64,000 nucleotides of DNA from assembly GCA_045579745.1 (NCBI GenBank), contig JAZNMQ010000072.1, forward strand, positions 10,358-74,357. Direction: 5' to 3'. Within the stretch, counting starts at the first letter, position 1. Each line of letters starts with the position of its first letter. Source of the DNA: Candidatus Flemingiibacterium sp. (GTDB lineage: Bacteria > Bacillota > Clostridia > Oscillospirales > CAG-272). Positions 8,048 to 17,985 of the stretch are shown piece by piece. The translations under genes and the position numbers were made by a program. Below the pieces are notes generated by a model. The model was not told the DNA's origin. It saw only the letters and a program-made list of their open reading frames with translations, and made no database searches.

Positions 8048-9922
8048 ATGAATTTTGAGAGTATACAAAAGAAAATAGACGAGCTCAAAGTATTAACATT
8101 GCCTCAAATGCAGGAATTGGCAAAGGATATTCGCTCTGTGATTTTGGATACTGTTTCAAAGAACGGTGGACATTTGGCGGCGAATTTAGGAATGGTTGAG
8201 GCTACGATTGTGCTTCATAAGATTTTTGACTCGCCAAACGACAAAATCATATTCGATGTCGGACACCAATGCTATGCCCATAAGATTTTAAGCGGCAGAC
8301 TTGAGGAATTTTCAACGCTGAGGACATATGGCGGTATTTCGGGGTTTACAAACCGTTTCGAAAGCGAGCACGATGTTTTGTACGAAGGACACTGCGGAAC
8401 CTCAATATCTGCGGCGCTTGGCATTGCGGAAGCGAACAGACTTAAAGGAAATGATAATTACGCTGTTGCGATAGTCGGCGACGGAGCCTTGACTAACGGC
8501 ATGATATATGAAGCGCTTAACAACTGCGCGGAAAAAAAGCTTAATTTAATCATTCTTATTAACGACAATGAGATGTCTATATCCAAAAATGTCGGTGGAC
8601 TTCACAATTATCTATCAAGGATTCGCACAAGCAAGGGCTATTTCACCTTCAAGAGAAAATTTGAATCTATATTAGACCGCATTCCGATTATCGGCTATAA
8701 ACTTGCAAAGCTTTTTAAGAATATCAAGGACTTTTTCAAAAGATGGGTTATTAAAGACAACTTCTTTGAAGATATGGGACTTGTATACCTCGGACCTGTT
8801 GACGGACACAATATGGAGAGGCTGACGGAGGTTTTGGAGGAAGCAAAGCTAAAGCATATTCCGTGCGTTGTTCATATGAGAACGCAAAAGGGAAAGGGTT
8901 ATCGGCTCGCCGAGGAGAGCCCCGACCAATATCATGCGGTTTCGGCGTTTGATCTTGACAGCGGCGTAACCGTTTCAAATGAGTTGACTTTCTCAACCTT
9001 TATCGGAAACGAAATGTGCCGTTTAGCTTCAGAGGATGAGCACATTTGTGCGATTACTGCGGCTATGACCGACGGAACAGGGCTTACAAGATTTTCAAGG
9101 GAATTTGAGGCGCGCTTCTTTGATGTCGGTATTTCCGAGGAGCATGCAATAACCTTTGCGAGTGGCTTGGCTGTAAACGGTATGAAGCCCGTTGTTATGC
9201 TTTATTCTACCTTCGCGCAAAGGTCGTTTGACCAGATATTTCACGATCTGGCTATACAAAAGCTTCCGATGGTGCTTGCGCTTGACAGATGCGGAATCGT
9301 TCCGGGGGATGGAATAACACATCAGGGAATTTTCGATTATGCGCTCTTTTCGATCCTGCCGAACGTGTGTATATATTCTCCTGAGAGCTACGCCGATGTC
9401 AGAAATGCGCTTGAGGCTTCACTTGACAGCGATACGCTTTCGATAATCAGATATCCAAAGGGCGTTGAGAATGTTGAATACGAGAAATCGGAAAGCTTCA
9501 TAACATCGGAAAACAATTATTTTGCACATACAGAAAAAATCGAAGACGCCGAAATCGTGATCGTTTCATACGGACGGCTCTCGTATCAAGGCTATTTAGC
9601 ATATAAGTCGCTCTGCGAAAAGCACAGCGTTGGTCTTGTTAAACTAAAGCTCATCTATCCGCTTGACAAATTCGATATTGTTAAGCTTTGCCCAAATGCG
9701 AAGCTGATCTATGTAATCGACGAGGGCATTTCAAACGGCGGATTCGCCGAGAAGCTGACGGCTGTATTAATCGAGGGCGGATATAAGAATCATATTGCGT
9801 CAACCTCGATATATGATTACATCGAGCATGGCGATCTTGACACGTTAATGCATGAATGCGGTTTTACGGCAGAGCAAATTGTATCTGAAATTAAGAGCCT
9901 CGCCGATGAGCTTGGCATTTAA
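8048..9922 (+). CDS. dxs: 1-deoxy-D-xylulose-5-phosphate synthase
   Basis: GGHLAANLG, DVGHQCYAHK, GDGALTNGMIYEALNN, NDNEMSIS, FDVGISEEHA. Confidence 0.93.
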   Translation: MNFESIQKKIDELKVLTLPQMQELAKDIRSVILDTVSKNGGHLAANLGMVEATIVLHKIFDSPNDKIIFDVGHQCYAHKILSGRLEEFSTLRTYGGISGFTNRFESEHDVLYEGHCGTSISAALGIAEANRLKGNDNYAVAIVGDGALTNGMIYEALNNCAEKKLNLIILINDNEMSISKNVGGLHNYLSRIRTSKGYFTFKRKFESILDRIPIIGYKLAKLFKNIKDFFKRWVIKDNFFEDMGLVYLGPVDGHNMERLTEVLEEAKLKHIPCVVHMRTQKGKGYRLAEESPDQYHAVSAFDLDSGVTVSNELTFSTFIGNEMCRLASEDEHICAITAAMTDGTGLTRFSREFEARFFDVGISEEHAITFASGLAVNGMKPVVMLYSTFAQRSFDQIFHDLAIQKLPMVLALDRCGIVPGDGITHQGIFDYALFSILPNVCIYSPESYADVRNALEASLDSDTLSIIRYPKGVENVEYEKSESFITSENNYFAHTEKIEDAEIVIVSYGRLSYQGYLAYKSLCEKHSVGLVKLKLIYPLDKFDIVKLCPNAKLIYVIDEGISNGGFAEKLTAVLIEGGYKNHIASTSIYDYIEHGDLDTLMHECGFTAEQIVSEIKSLADELGI

Positions 9923-9968
9923 AGTGCTGTCAATCTGATTAAAATGAGATCAAAGAGGGTGTCACAAA

Positions 9969-11321
9969 TTGCAAAATGATATAGAAAAACAAAACAGTCA
10001 ATTCCTCGAAATGACAGAGCGGCCGATAGAACAGCTCCTTATAAAGCTCTCGATTCCCGCAATCATCAGCATGATGATAACCAACATCTATAATATTGCC
10101 GATACAGCTTTTGTGGGCATGCTCGGCACGAGTCCGAGCGGAGCTACGGGAGTTGTCTTCAGCTTCATGGCGATACTTCAGGCTGTTGCGTTTATGTGCG
10201 GACAGGGCGCGGGAAGCATTATGTCGCGAAGGCTCGGTGCAAAAAAGTTAAACGAGGCAACCGAATACAGCTCGACGGGATTTTTCCTATCATTCGGGCT
10301 CGGCGTGCTTCTGTGTGCAGGAACCTTTGCATTCATGCCTTGGCTGCTTCAGATTTTGGGAAGCACGGACACGATTTACCCTTACGCTAAGGTTTATATT
10401 ACATATATCGCAGTAGCCGCGCCGTTCTTTTGCTCGAGCTTGACGATGAACAATCTGCTTCGCTACGAGGGAAAGGCTAAGCTCGGCTCGGTCGGAATGA
10501 TGATCGGAGCACTTTTGAATATTCTGCTTGACCCGATATTGATGTTCGGCTTGAATCTGGGAATCGCAGGTGCGGGAATTGCGACCGCCTTTTCTCAGAT
10601 TGTCAGCTTTGCGGTGCTTCTTTTCATGTTCGTTTCGGGAAAAACGCAGACAAAAATTTCGATAAAATACATCTCACGCGAGATAGGAGCTTACCTTAAC
10701 ATTGCGGCAACGGGCTTCCCGAGCCTGCTTCGCCAAGGACTTGCAAGTGTTTCGGGAATGCTTCTCAATCAAAGTGCAAGAGTTTATGGCGATGCAGCGA
10801 TTTCGGCATTCAGTGCTGTTTCACGAGTCAGCTTCTTTTCAATGGCGATTGCAATCGGAATCGGTCAAGGCTTCCAGCCGATCAGCAGCTTTAATTTTGG
10901 TGCGGGCAAGCGTGAACGCGTTAAAAAGGCGTTTTGGACCGCGATGGCATATGAGGAAATCGTATTGTTTGTGCTGTCGGTTCCGATGTTTATATTCGCG
11001 CCCGAGCTGATTCGCATGATGCGCAACGACCCTGAGGTTATAGAGATCGGAAAACGCGCACTCAAGCTTATGTGTGTTGCCTCGATCTTTATTCCGCCTA
11101 CGATGATGGTGGAGATGGGCTTCCAAAGCATCGGCGCAAGACTTTTAGCTACCATCTCCTCAAGCCTCAGAAGCGGAATCCTGCTCATACCGTCATTGCT
11201 TATTCTCGCGAATACAAGAGGACTTTCAGGAATACAAGAGGCACAGCCGTTATCATTCGTATTGTCGTTTATGGCGTGTATTTTCCTTTGCAGAATTTAT
11301 TTAAATAAGCTCAAGGACTGA
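9969..11321 (+). CDS. MATE-family efflux transporter
   Basis: 12-TM-type hydrophobic pattern; LSIPAIISMMITNIYNIADTAFVG, GALLNILLDPILMFG, GIAGAGIATAFSQ. Confidence 0.9.
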   Translation: MQNDIEKQNSQFLEMTERPIEQLLIKLSIPAIISMMITNIYNIADTAFVGMLGTSPSGATGVVFSFMAILQAVAFMCGQGAGSIMSRRLGAKKLNEATEYSSTGFFLSFGLGVLLCAGTFAFMPWLLQILGSTDTIYPYAKVYITYIAVAAPFFCSSLTMNNLLRYEGKAKLGSVGMMIGALLNILLDPILMFGLNLGIAGAGIATAFSQIVSFAVLLFMFVSGKTQTKISIKYISREIGAYLNIAATGFPSLLRQGLASVSGMLLNQSARVYGDAAISAFSAVSRVSFFSMAIAIGIGQGFQPISSFNFGAGKRERVKKAFWTAMAYEEIVLFVLSVPMFIFAPELIRMMRNDPEVIEIGKRALKLMCVASIFIPPTMMVEMGFQSIGARLLATISSSLRSGILLIPSLLILANTRGLSGIQEAQPLSFVLSFMACIFLCRIYLNKLKD

Positions 11322-11355
11322 AAAAACGGTGGTTGGAAAACAACCACCGTTTTTT
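11321..11355. terminator. Bidirectional terminator between MATE and URO-D-like genes
   Basis: AAAAAACGGTGGTTG-GAAAA-CAACCACCGTTTTTT perfect palindrome. Confidence 0.9.
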
Positions 11356-11416
11356 CAAGAGATATGATGTACTATTTTAAGTAAAGCCAAAACGTAGTGC
11401 AGTCTGAGGCACAAAG

Positions 11417-12397
11417 TCAATTCTCTAAAGGATATTTGCCGTATTTTTCAAGCGCGGCGTAGTATGCCGCCATGTGTTCCTCGGGTATCGGCATTGCCTG
11501 GTCGGGTGCGCAGAAATAGCCGCCGTCTGCACCGAGAAGGGAAATCACGCGCTTAACCTCAGCGTCAATTGCTTCGATCGGTCCTGATTCGAGCAGGGCT
11601 GTAGCGATCGCACCGTGAATGCACATTCTGTTTTTGGTAACCTCAATGACTTTGGATAAATCGTTTGCTGTTGCCTGAACAGGATTGAGGATATCGACTC
11701 CAAGCTCGATAAATGTTTCAAGAATAGGCTCGATATGACCGCATGAGTGGAAGTGGATCTTTACGCCGCGTTTTTTATAGAAGTCAAACAAACGGCGGTA
11801 TTCGGGAATCAGAAATTCCTCGATCAGCTCCTTCGACATTAAAAGCGCACGCTGTGTTCCGAGATCGTCGCTCATCGTGACGACCTCAACGCCGCACTTT
11901 ATGTAATGCTCTGCGATTCCAAGCTGAAAATCCATGATTTTATGGAAGATCTTCTTTGCGTATTCCGGCTCGGTGAACATGTAAATCATCATGTTTTCCA
12001 TTCCGACAAGCATGTAGCTCTTTTCCCACAGCGTATCTCTGTGGCTTCCGACGACGAAGCGATTTTTTCTGTCCTCATCGGTTATGCGCTCGGCAATTTC
12101 GTAGATTTTTCCGCAGATGCGCTCATCGTTCGGGTCAGGCCAAGCATAGCTGTCGAACGCTTCCATCTCGGCAAGCGGATTGCCTTTTGGGAAGCCCATA
12201 ACATTCGCATGCTCCTTGTGCCACTCGGTTCCCCAGATATCAGTCCAAACAGAGCCTACGGGGCAGTTATGACCGCCGCCGTTATATCCCTCATGGTTAA
12301 CGCCGGTGTATACTAACGTAATGCTTGGAAGCTCCTTTTGGATATATTCGGGCTTTCCGAATTTGAGTATTTCGAGTGCGTTTTCCTTTGGATTCAT
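11417..12397 (-). CDS. Uroporphyrinogen decarboxylase-like / MtaA-CmuA methyltransferase-family protein
   Basis: WTDIWG, GMENMM, SDDLGTQ, HFHSCGH (H-x-C metal motif), GVDILNPVQ, GGYFCAPD. Confidence 0.8.
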   Translation of the reverse strand: MNPKENALEILKFGKPEYIQKELPSITLVYTGVNHEGYNGGGHNCPVGSVWTDIWGTEWHKEHANVMGFPKGNPLAEMEAFDSYAWPDPNDERICGKIYEIAERITDEDRKNRFVVGSHRDTLWEKSYMLVGMENMMIYMFTEPEYAKKIFHKIMDFQLGIAEHYIKCGVEVVTMSDDLGTQRALLMSKELIEEFLIPEYRRLFDFYKKRGVKIHFHSCGHIEPILETFIELGVDILNPVQATANDLSKVIEVTKNRMCIHGAIATALLESGPIEAIDAEVKRVISLLGADGGYFCAPDQAMPIPEEHMAAYYAALEKYGKYPLEN

Positions 12398-12411
12398 AAG
12401 TATAGTTCTCC

Positions 12412-14154
12412 CTATTCTGCCGTTATTTTGGCGGTAAATATCTCAACTCCGTCGCTAAGCTTCAAATCAATGCAGTAGACGAGGTCGGAGTTTGTTATAA
12501 CGTTGTTGTTTTCGTCAAGACGGTAGCCGTGCTTGACATGCTCCTCCGTTGATACGGATGGTGTGCAAATTGCAGGATCAAAACACAGCGTGGTTCTGCC
12601 GAGCTTTATTTTGCCGCTCGTTATCTCAGGCTGTCGGAGGGTAATAAAGCGCTCTGTAATCTCGCAGTCGGTCTTGAAGTGATCTGTGAGAGTAATGCCG
12701 CTTTCATTATATTCGAATTTTCGCTCAAATGAAGTGAGCTTTGGCAGATCGTACGCCTTTTCAAGCTTATAAGTGACAACGCCGTTGTCAACCGAAAACT
12801 CGCTCGCATATTTCTTGCCGTCCTTTTGACCGAAGCCGTCAAATATCGGAACGCTGTGGCTGAATGAGTTGTTGCAGAAGGTTTCATAGCGGTGGCTGTT
12901 AAAGTAATCCTTTGTGTAAAGCCCCGAGCCGAGGTCGCATAAAGCTTGCCCGTCCTTGTCGGAGAAGATGAAGCTTCCGAGGTCGTTGTGATTGTGAGGC
13001 TCATCATTGTCGCCGCCCTTTGCCGCGCAGGAATAATTTTCGCGGTTAACGATAGCATGCTGTGCATCAGGCAGGAAATGGTCTGACAGGTGAACGCCGC
13101 TTCTTTTAACGCTTGGGTCGAGGCAGAGCAGCGTGCGAAGTCTTGCACAAAATTGAACCTGACCGAGATGCAAACAGCTGTGAGCATCATCGAGTACGTC
13201 AACATCGTCGGGATAAACCGAGTGGAGATAATGCGCAAGTCCCAAATCAACGCTTCCGTTTCGTCCGCCGTCGGAGAAGCTTGTTATCGTGTTTCCGCAG
13301 AGGAATACTCGGGCAGGGAAGGTTGCGATGTTTTTGACCTTAGGATCCAAAAAGTAATTGATCTTGCCGTTTGTATATTTTAGGAGCAGATCCGCCAAAA
13401 ACGTGAAAAAGCCGAAGCCGTATGACCAATATCCAAAGCCCTCGCGGCATGTTCCGTCAGACGGGAAGCTGTTTAAAAAGGCATTCGCGGTCGAACACAA
13501 TCTCGGGATAGAGAGCTCGAGCAGCTTTGGGTCAACATGTATCAAGCAATTAGCGACGCTGAATGCACAAACAGAAGCCCAGTTGTTTTCCGATTGACAC
13601 CAGCCGTGGTTATTGTTGAGGTAAGGTGTGATGATTCTGCGGCGCACCTCAGCTCTGACGCGCTTTATTACGGGAGTATCGAGTCTATCCTCAAAAATCT
13701 CGCAAATTTCGGAAAGGGCAGAGCCTGTTTCGGATGCGAAAAGATCAATACAATACGGGTCACCATCAACATTTCCACCGCAATGCGCGGGAACTGCCCA
13801 ACTGTACTCGTCGCAAATCGCCCACATGATATCCTGGAGCTCGTTAAGATAATGCTCCTCCTCGGGATAGATAAGTGCAAGCAATGCGCATGAGGACAAA
13901 AATGCGCGGCGTTTATACCAAGGGTTTTCATATTCTCCTCGGCTGCCGTTCTTGTGGAACATCCAACGGCTGCTGTATGAAAGAAACGGAACATTCTTGA
14001 AGAAATCCGGATTGTAATCATGTTTTATTCTGTCAAGTATGGGTGCATAATCGGGAGAGGTTTTAACTTTCTCCCAAAATTCCTTGTCGAATACTTTTTC
14101 AAGTAATACCATAATATCCTCACTTTCGGCATCACAGAGCCATATTTTGTACAA
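12412..14154 (-). CDS. Heparinase II/III-like protein (no signal peptide, probably cytoplasmic)
   Basis: IDLFASETG, NNWASVC, DGTCREGFGYWSYG, KGGDNDEPHNHNDLGSF, HSVPIFDG. Confidence 0.75.
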   Translation of the reverse strand: MYKIWLCDAESEDIMVLLEKVFDKEFWEKVKTSPDYAPILDRIKHDYNPDFFKNVPFLSYSSRWMFHKNGSRGEYENPWYKRRAFLSSCALLALIYPEEEHYLNELQDIMWAICDEYSWAVPAHCGGNVDGDPYCIDLFASETGSALSEICEIFEDRLDTPVIKRVRAEVRRRIITPYLNNNHGWCQSENNWASVCAFSVANCLIHVDPKLLELSIPRLCSTANAFLNSFPSDGTCREGFGYWSYGFGFFTFLADLLLKYTNGKINYFLDPKVKNIATFPARVFLCGNTITSFSDGGRNGSVDLGLAHYLHSVYPDDVDVLDDAHSCLHLGQVQFCARLRTLLCLDPSVKRSGVHLSDHFLPDAQHAIVNRENYSCAAKGGDNDEPHNHNDLGSFIFSDKDGQALCDLGSGLYTKDYFNSHRYETFCNNSFSHSVPIFDGFGQKDGKKYASEFSVDNGVVTYKLEKAYDLPKLTSFERKFEYNESGITLTDHFKTDCEITERFITLRQPEITSGKIKLGRTTLCFDPAICTPSVSTEEHVKHGYRLDENNNVITNSDLVYCIDLKLSDGVEIFTAKITAE

Positions 14155-14255
14155 CTGGAATTATTATAGCATTGGTATAGCTAAAAAGCAACAATCATAA
14201 GAAAAAATTATAAAAATTTTCAAAGACGCTAATTCGAATGCAACCAGCGTGTCGA

Positions 14256-14284
14256 TTGACAGGTATTCTTCAGTATGTTATAAT
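14256..14284 (+). promoter_or_regulatory. sigmaA promoter of the APH-like gene
   Basis: TTGACA-N17-TATAAT with extended TG; it lies inside the ORF-track N-terminal extension, supporting a start at 14366. Confidence 0.8.
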
Positions 14285-14365
14285 ATACGCAGATGGTATA
14301 TAAGCAAAAACAGACTTGGATTCAGCAAAAATTCTTCCCGACGGGATAAAAAATTCGGAGATGCT

Positions 14366-15166
14366 ATGAAACTTACACCGATCACAATAAACATCAGCGA
14401 CTACCCTGATACGCTGCACCGCATTTTAACCGGTGCGCAGATATTCGACAGCAGCTCATCGCCTATGGCGAGGGTGCTTTATATTCAGCGCGACGGAGTA
14501 TGTACTCACCACGCGCGCGATTACTTTTTGAAAACAGCCGCTCGAGGCAGTCTGAAACAGGAATACGAGCTGACGCGCTATTTTAACAAAAAAGGGCTTG
14601 CCGCAGATTCGCAGTTGTTGACCGACGATGCGCACGACTACCTTTTGACAGAGGCAGTTCCAGGCAAGGATTGCACGGATGCGATGTATCTTTCCGATCC
14701 CAAACGCCTCTGCGACACGCTTGCTCAGATCCTTTTCACGCTTCATGAAATCGAGCATGATGACTGCAATATCAATCATACTGACAGATATATCAAAACA
14801 ATCGAGCAAAATTACCGAGCAGGGGATTTCGATTTATCATACTGCGATTCGCCCGAGATAAAAACGGCGGATGAGGCTTACAAATATGCAAAGGAGCATA
14901 TAGGGCTGCTTGAGAGAAACACGCTTCTTCACGGCGATTACTGCCTGCCGAATGTGATACTTCGCGACTGGAAGCTTAGCGGCTTTGTAGATGTCGGAAA
15001 CGGCGGCGTCGGCGACAGGCATGTCGATTTGTTTTGGGGCGCGTGGACGCTTCGGTATAATCTCGGCACAGACGAGTATCGCCAAAGATTCTTTGACGCA
15101 TACGGCAGAGATAGAGTAGATACGCAAAGGCTCAAGCTTATCGGAATTTGTGAGGTTTTCGGATAA
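14366..15166 (+). CDS. Aminoglycoside phosphotransferase, APH(3')-like
   Basis: YFLK, LLTEAVPG, Brenner-type HGDYCLPNV, GFVDVGNGGVGDRHVDL; RBS GGAG before ATG 14366. Confidence 0.75.
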   Translation: MKLTPITINISDYPDTLHRILTGAQIFDSSSSPMARVLYIQRDGVCTHHARDYFLKTAARGSLKQEYELTRYFNKKGLAADSQLLTDDAHDYLLTEAVPGKDCTDAMYLSDPKRLCDTLAQILFTLHEIEHDDCNINHTDRYIKTIEQNYRAGDFDLSYCDSPEIKTADEAYKYAKEHIGLLERNTLLHGDYCLPNVILRDWKLSGFVDVGNGGVGDRHVDLFWGAWTLRYNLGTDEYRQRFFDAYGRDRVDTQRLKLIGICEVFG

Positions 15167-15179
15167 ATTTTTCAAAAGC

Positions 15180-15206
15180 TGTAACCTTTGCATGCTAAAA
15201 TCCTAC
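15180..15206 (+). promoter_or_regulatory. Possible ECF-sigma autoregulated promoter
   Basis: TGTAAC...CTAC upstream of the ECF gene resembles AAC-type ECF -35/-10 elements. Confidence 0.4.
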
Positions 15207-15242
15207 TTTATAGATGAAGGACGCTTATAAGGGGGCGAAAAA

Positions 15243-15785
15243 ATGGAAGATTACGAAATAATCGCGCTATACTTCGACCGCTCTGAGGATGCAATTTCCC
15301 AAACGCAGATAAAGTACGGCAAATACCTAAAAAGCATTGCCTGCCGTATTCTGCAAAGCGAGGAGGACGCTGACGAATGCGTGAATGATATGTACATAGG
15401 TGCATGGAACAGCATTCCGCCCGAAAGACCGCGTGATTTAAAGTATTACCTTGCCGCACTTGCGAGGAATATCGCACTTAACCGATTCGACTATAACACG
15501 GCAAAAATGCGAAACAGCGATTCCGTGCTGGCACTTGATGAGCTCGAAGGGTGCCTGCCGACAACGGATGGAGCGTTTGATGATGCGGTCATTCTGAAGG
15601 AAACAATCAACCGCTTTTTAGCCTCGCTCGACAAGAGGACGCGTATTGTTTTCATGCAGAGATATTGGTATCTCTGTTCCGTTGACGAAATTGCAAAAAC
15701 AAACCAAATGTCAGTATCGAACGTAAAAGTTAGCCTTCACCGTACACGAAACAAATTCAAACAGTTTCTCGAATTGGATGAATAA
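15243..15785 (+). CDS. ECF-type RNA polymerase sigma-70 factor
   Basis: 180 aa; EDADECVNDMYIGAW, ARNIALN, F..RYWY..SVDEIA, VKVSLHRTRNK. Confidence 0.92.
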   Translation: MEDYEIIALYFDRSEDAISQTQIKYGKYLKSIACRILQSEEDADECVNDMYIGAWNSIPPERPRDLKYYLAALARNIALNRFDYNTAKMRNSDSVLALDELEGCLPTTDGAFDDAVILKETINRFLASLDKRTRIVFMQRYWYLCSVDEIAKTNQMSVSNVKVSLHRTRNKFKQFLELDE

Positions 15786-15805
15786 GTTTAAACCGTCAGA
15801 AAGGA

Positions 15806-17881
15806 ATGGTCATAATTATGAAAAAGAAAAAACTTCTTGATGCAATGAGCCTTGCCGATGAAAGCTTCGTTCGTGAAGCAGACCCGAGCAAGAGGACACA
15901 GAAAAAGCCCAAATGGAGGTCGCTCAGTCTTGTCGCGGCATGTCTTTGCCTTGTAATGCTGATTGGCGGAACAACTCTGTTTATGCCATTTAACACCGCG
16001 CCCGATGACCTCTCAGCTTACAAAAAGAGCGAATACTACGACGTTCTCACGAAGCTGAATCTTTTAAACTACGAGAAGCCAAAATACAAGAATAACTACG
16101 AAAAGCTTACCGCAGCGATTGAAGATATGTTTGAGGATGCTGCAAGAGAAGTTATGGGCGGATTTGGTGCCGCTATGAATGGCGCAGTTATGCCGGAGGC
16201 TGACTTCGCTGTGGATGACGGATTTATTTATGAGGCTGTGGCAGATAGCGTGACTGCCACGGGTAGCGCGGCTACCAAGGGTGATCACGATTTTTATTAT
16301 TCAGCCCCCATCGAAGAGGCAGAATCCTCTGACTCTGACGCCTACAAAGAAATCACGGATAATCAGGTTGCAGGCGTTATTGAAGCCGACCGCATCAAGC
16401 GCAGTGAAAAGCACATATTCTACCTTGACGGCTCAACTCTCCGCGTTTTCGATATTGCCGGCATGGACTCAAAGGAGCTCGGCTCATATACGCTCTACAA
16501 CGGAGAGCGCGATTATATGGTTAATAAGTGGGAGTTTTACCTGACCTCCGACTGCAAGAGCGTGGTTCTGATGACGACCTATATGGAAAACAGCCAGCTC
16601 TGCACAGGACTTGTAACTCTCGATGTTTCAAACCCCGAGAATATTAAGGAAAGCGGCTCGTTTGCGATAACGGGAAGCTATCTCACCTCGCGCTCGGTTG
16701 ACGGAAAGATAATCCTCGTTTCTCAGTATCTCTTTGAAAAGAGCAAGATGGATTTCGATAAGCTCGAAACCTTTGTTCCGATGTATGACACAGGTGACGG
16801 ACTTGAACCGATTCCTGCGGATTGTATAGTTATTCCCGAGGAGGTTCACTCTCCGAGATACACCGTCGCGATGATTCTTGACGAGAAATCGCTTGAGCTG
16901 AAGGCGACGAGTGCAAACCTTTCCTACATGGACGATGTTTATGTAACAAAGGAGCGCATTTACCTCGCACGCGTATTTGAGGATGAAATTAAGAACGCTG
17001 ACCTTCCATACGGTACAATGACTGAGATCACCTGCCTTGATTATACCTCTGATGAGTTTAAGGAAGTAGGCTCGGTAACCGTCCGCGGATATATCAAGGA
17101 CCAGTGGAGCATGGATGAGTATGACGGCATCCTGAGAATCGTTACAACAACAAACGGACTTGATGAGTGGCATCTGAGCGGTGGCTACAGACCTGTTTCG
17201 GGCGACGTCCTGCTTTCGGCATCGGGCGGATCAAGCGCAAGCCTCTACTGCGTTGATGCAAATACATGGGAGATCGTTGCATCAGTCGAGGAATTCGCTC
17301 CTAAGTATGAGGAGGTACAGTCTGTTCGCTTTGATGGAACTATGGCGTATGTCTGCACCTCGATTGAGATGTCGGACCCCGTATTCTTCTTCGACCTTTC
17401 CGATTTAAGTAATATTACCTTCAAGGATACAGGAACGATCGAGGGCTATTCAAGCTCGCTCGTAAACTTCGGTAACGGTTATTTGCTCGGTATCGGCATG
17501 GGCGGCTGGAATACCTTCAAGGTGGAGATCTACGAGGAAACCGAGGACGGTGTTCGCTCTGTGGCAAGCTACATCAAGGAGGGAGCGGATTACTCGACAG
17601 AATACAAATCCTATCTCATCGACCGCGAAAATCAGCTTGTCGGCTTGGGAATCAATATCAGCGGCAACTATTATTTCAAGGACGACGCATTCACTCAGAA
17701 TACCGAACAAGGCTCAAAGTACATTCTTCTGCATTTCAACGGCTTTGAAATTGCTGAAATCGTATGCGAAGACCTCGCAGGCGACCCCGAAACTCAGCGC
17801 GGAACGGTTATCGACGATTACCTCTACATGTTCGGCGCGGAAGATTTCAAGCTTGCTGACGTATCGGTAGTAACAAAGTAA
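15806..17881 (+). CDS. Putative anti-sigma factor with extracytoplasmic beta-propeller domain (start may be ATG 15818)
   Basis: N-terminal LLDAMSLADESFVREA motif, one TM helix, then TDNQVAGVIEADRIK, IKDQWSMDEYDGILRIVTT, EEVQSVRF, DPVFFFDLSD, GYSSSL typical of Beta_propel-family proteins. Confidence 0.75.
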   Translation: MVIIMKKKKLLDAMSLADESFVREADPSKRTQKKPKWRSLSLVAACLCLVMLIGGTTLFMPFNTAPDDLSAYKKSEYYDVLTKLNLLNYEKPKYKNNYEKLTAAIEDMFEDAAREVMGGFGAAMNGAVMPEADFAVDDGFIYEAVADSVTATGSAATKGDHDFYYSAPIEEAESSDSDAYKEITDNQVAGVIEADRIKRSEKHIFYLDGSTLRVFDIAGMDSKELGSYTLYNGERDYMVNKWEFYLTSDCKSVVLMTTYMENSQLCTGLVTLDVSNPENIKESGSFAITGSYLTSRSVDGKIILVSQYLFEKSKMDFDKLETFVPMYDTGDGLEPIPADCIVIPEEVHSPRYTVAMILDEKSLELKATSANLSYMDDVYVTKERIYLARVFEDEIKNADLPYGTMTEITCLDYTSDEFKEVGSVTVRGYIKDQWSMDEYDGILRIVTTTNGLDEWHLSGGYRPVSGDVLLSASGGSSASLYCVDANTWEIVASVEEFAPKYEEVQSVRFDGTMAYVCTSIEMSDPVFFFDLSDLSNITFKDTGTIEGYSSSLVNFGNGYLLGIGMGGWNTFKVEIYEETEDGVRSVASYIKEGADYSTEYKSYLIDRENQLVGLGINISGNYYFKDDAFTQNTEQGSKYILLHFNGFEIAEIVCEDLAGDPETQRGTVIDDYLYMFGAEDFKLADVSVVTK

Positions 17882-17888
17882 AACAATA

Positions 17889-17925
17889 CGGCATCGCCTA
17901 TGTTATTAAGGCGGTGCCGATTTTT
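17889..17925. terminator. Terminator between convergent genes
   Basis: CGGCATCGCCT/AGGCGGTGCCG stem plus T-run. Confidence 0.75.
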
Positions 17926-17985
17926 GTTTGTGGTGTTTTGACTCTGTGAAACTGATATGTAAAGCAAGCCGAATATACTGTGGCA

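Noticed and set aside
14249-14365. N-terminal extensions in the ORF track (also at 6865, 21029, 35824, 43840, 46281, 46510, 48461, 54038, 54817, 59900)
   Set aside because: Downstream ATGs have proper SD spacing or match family N-termini, and some extensions overlap promoters or upstream genes.
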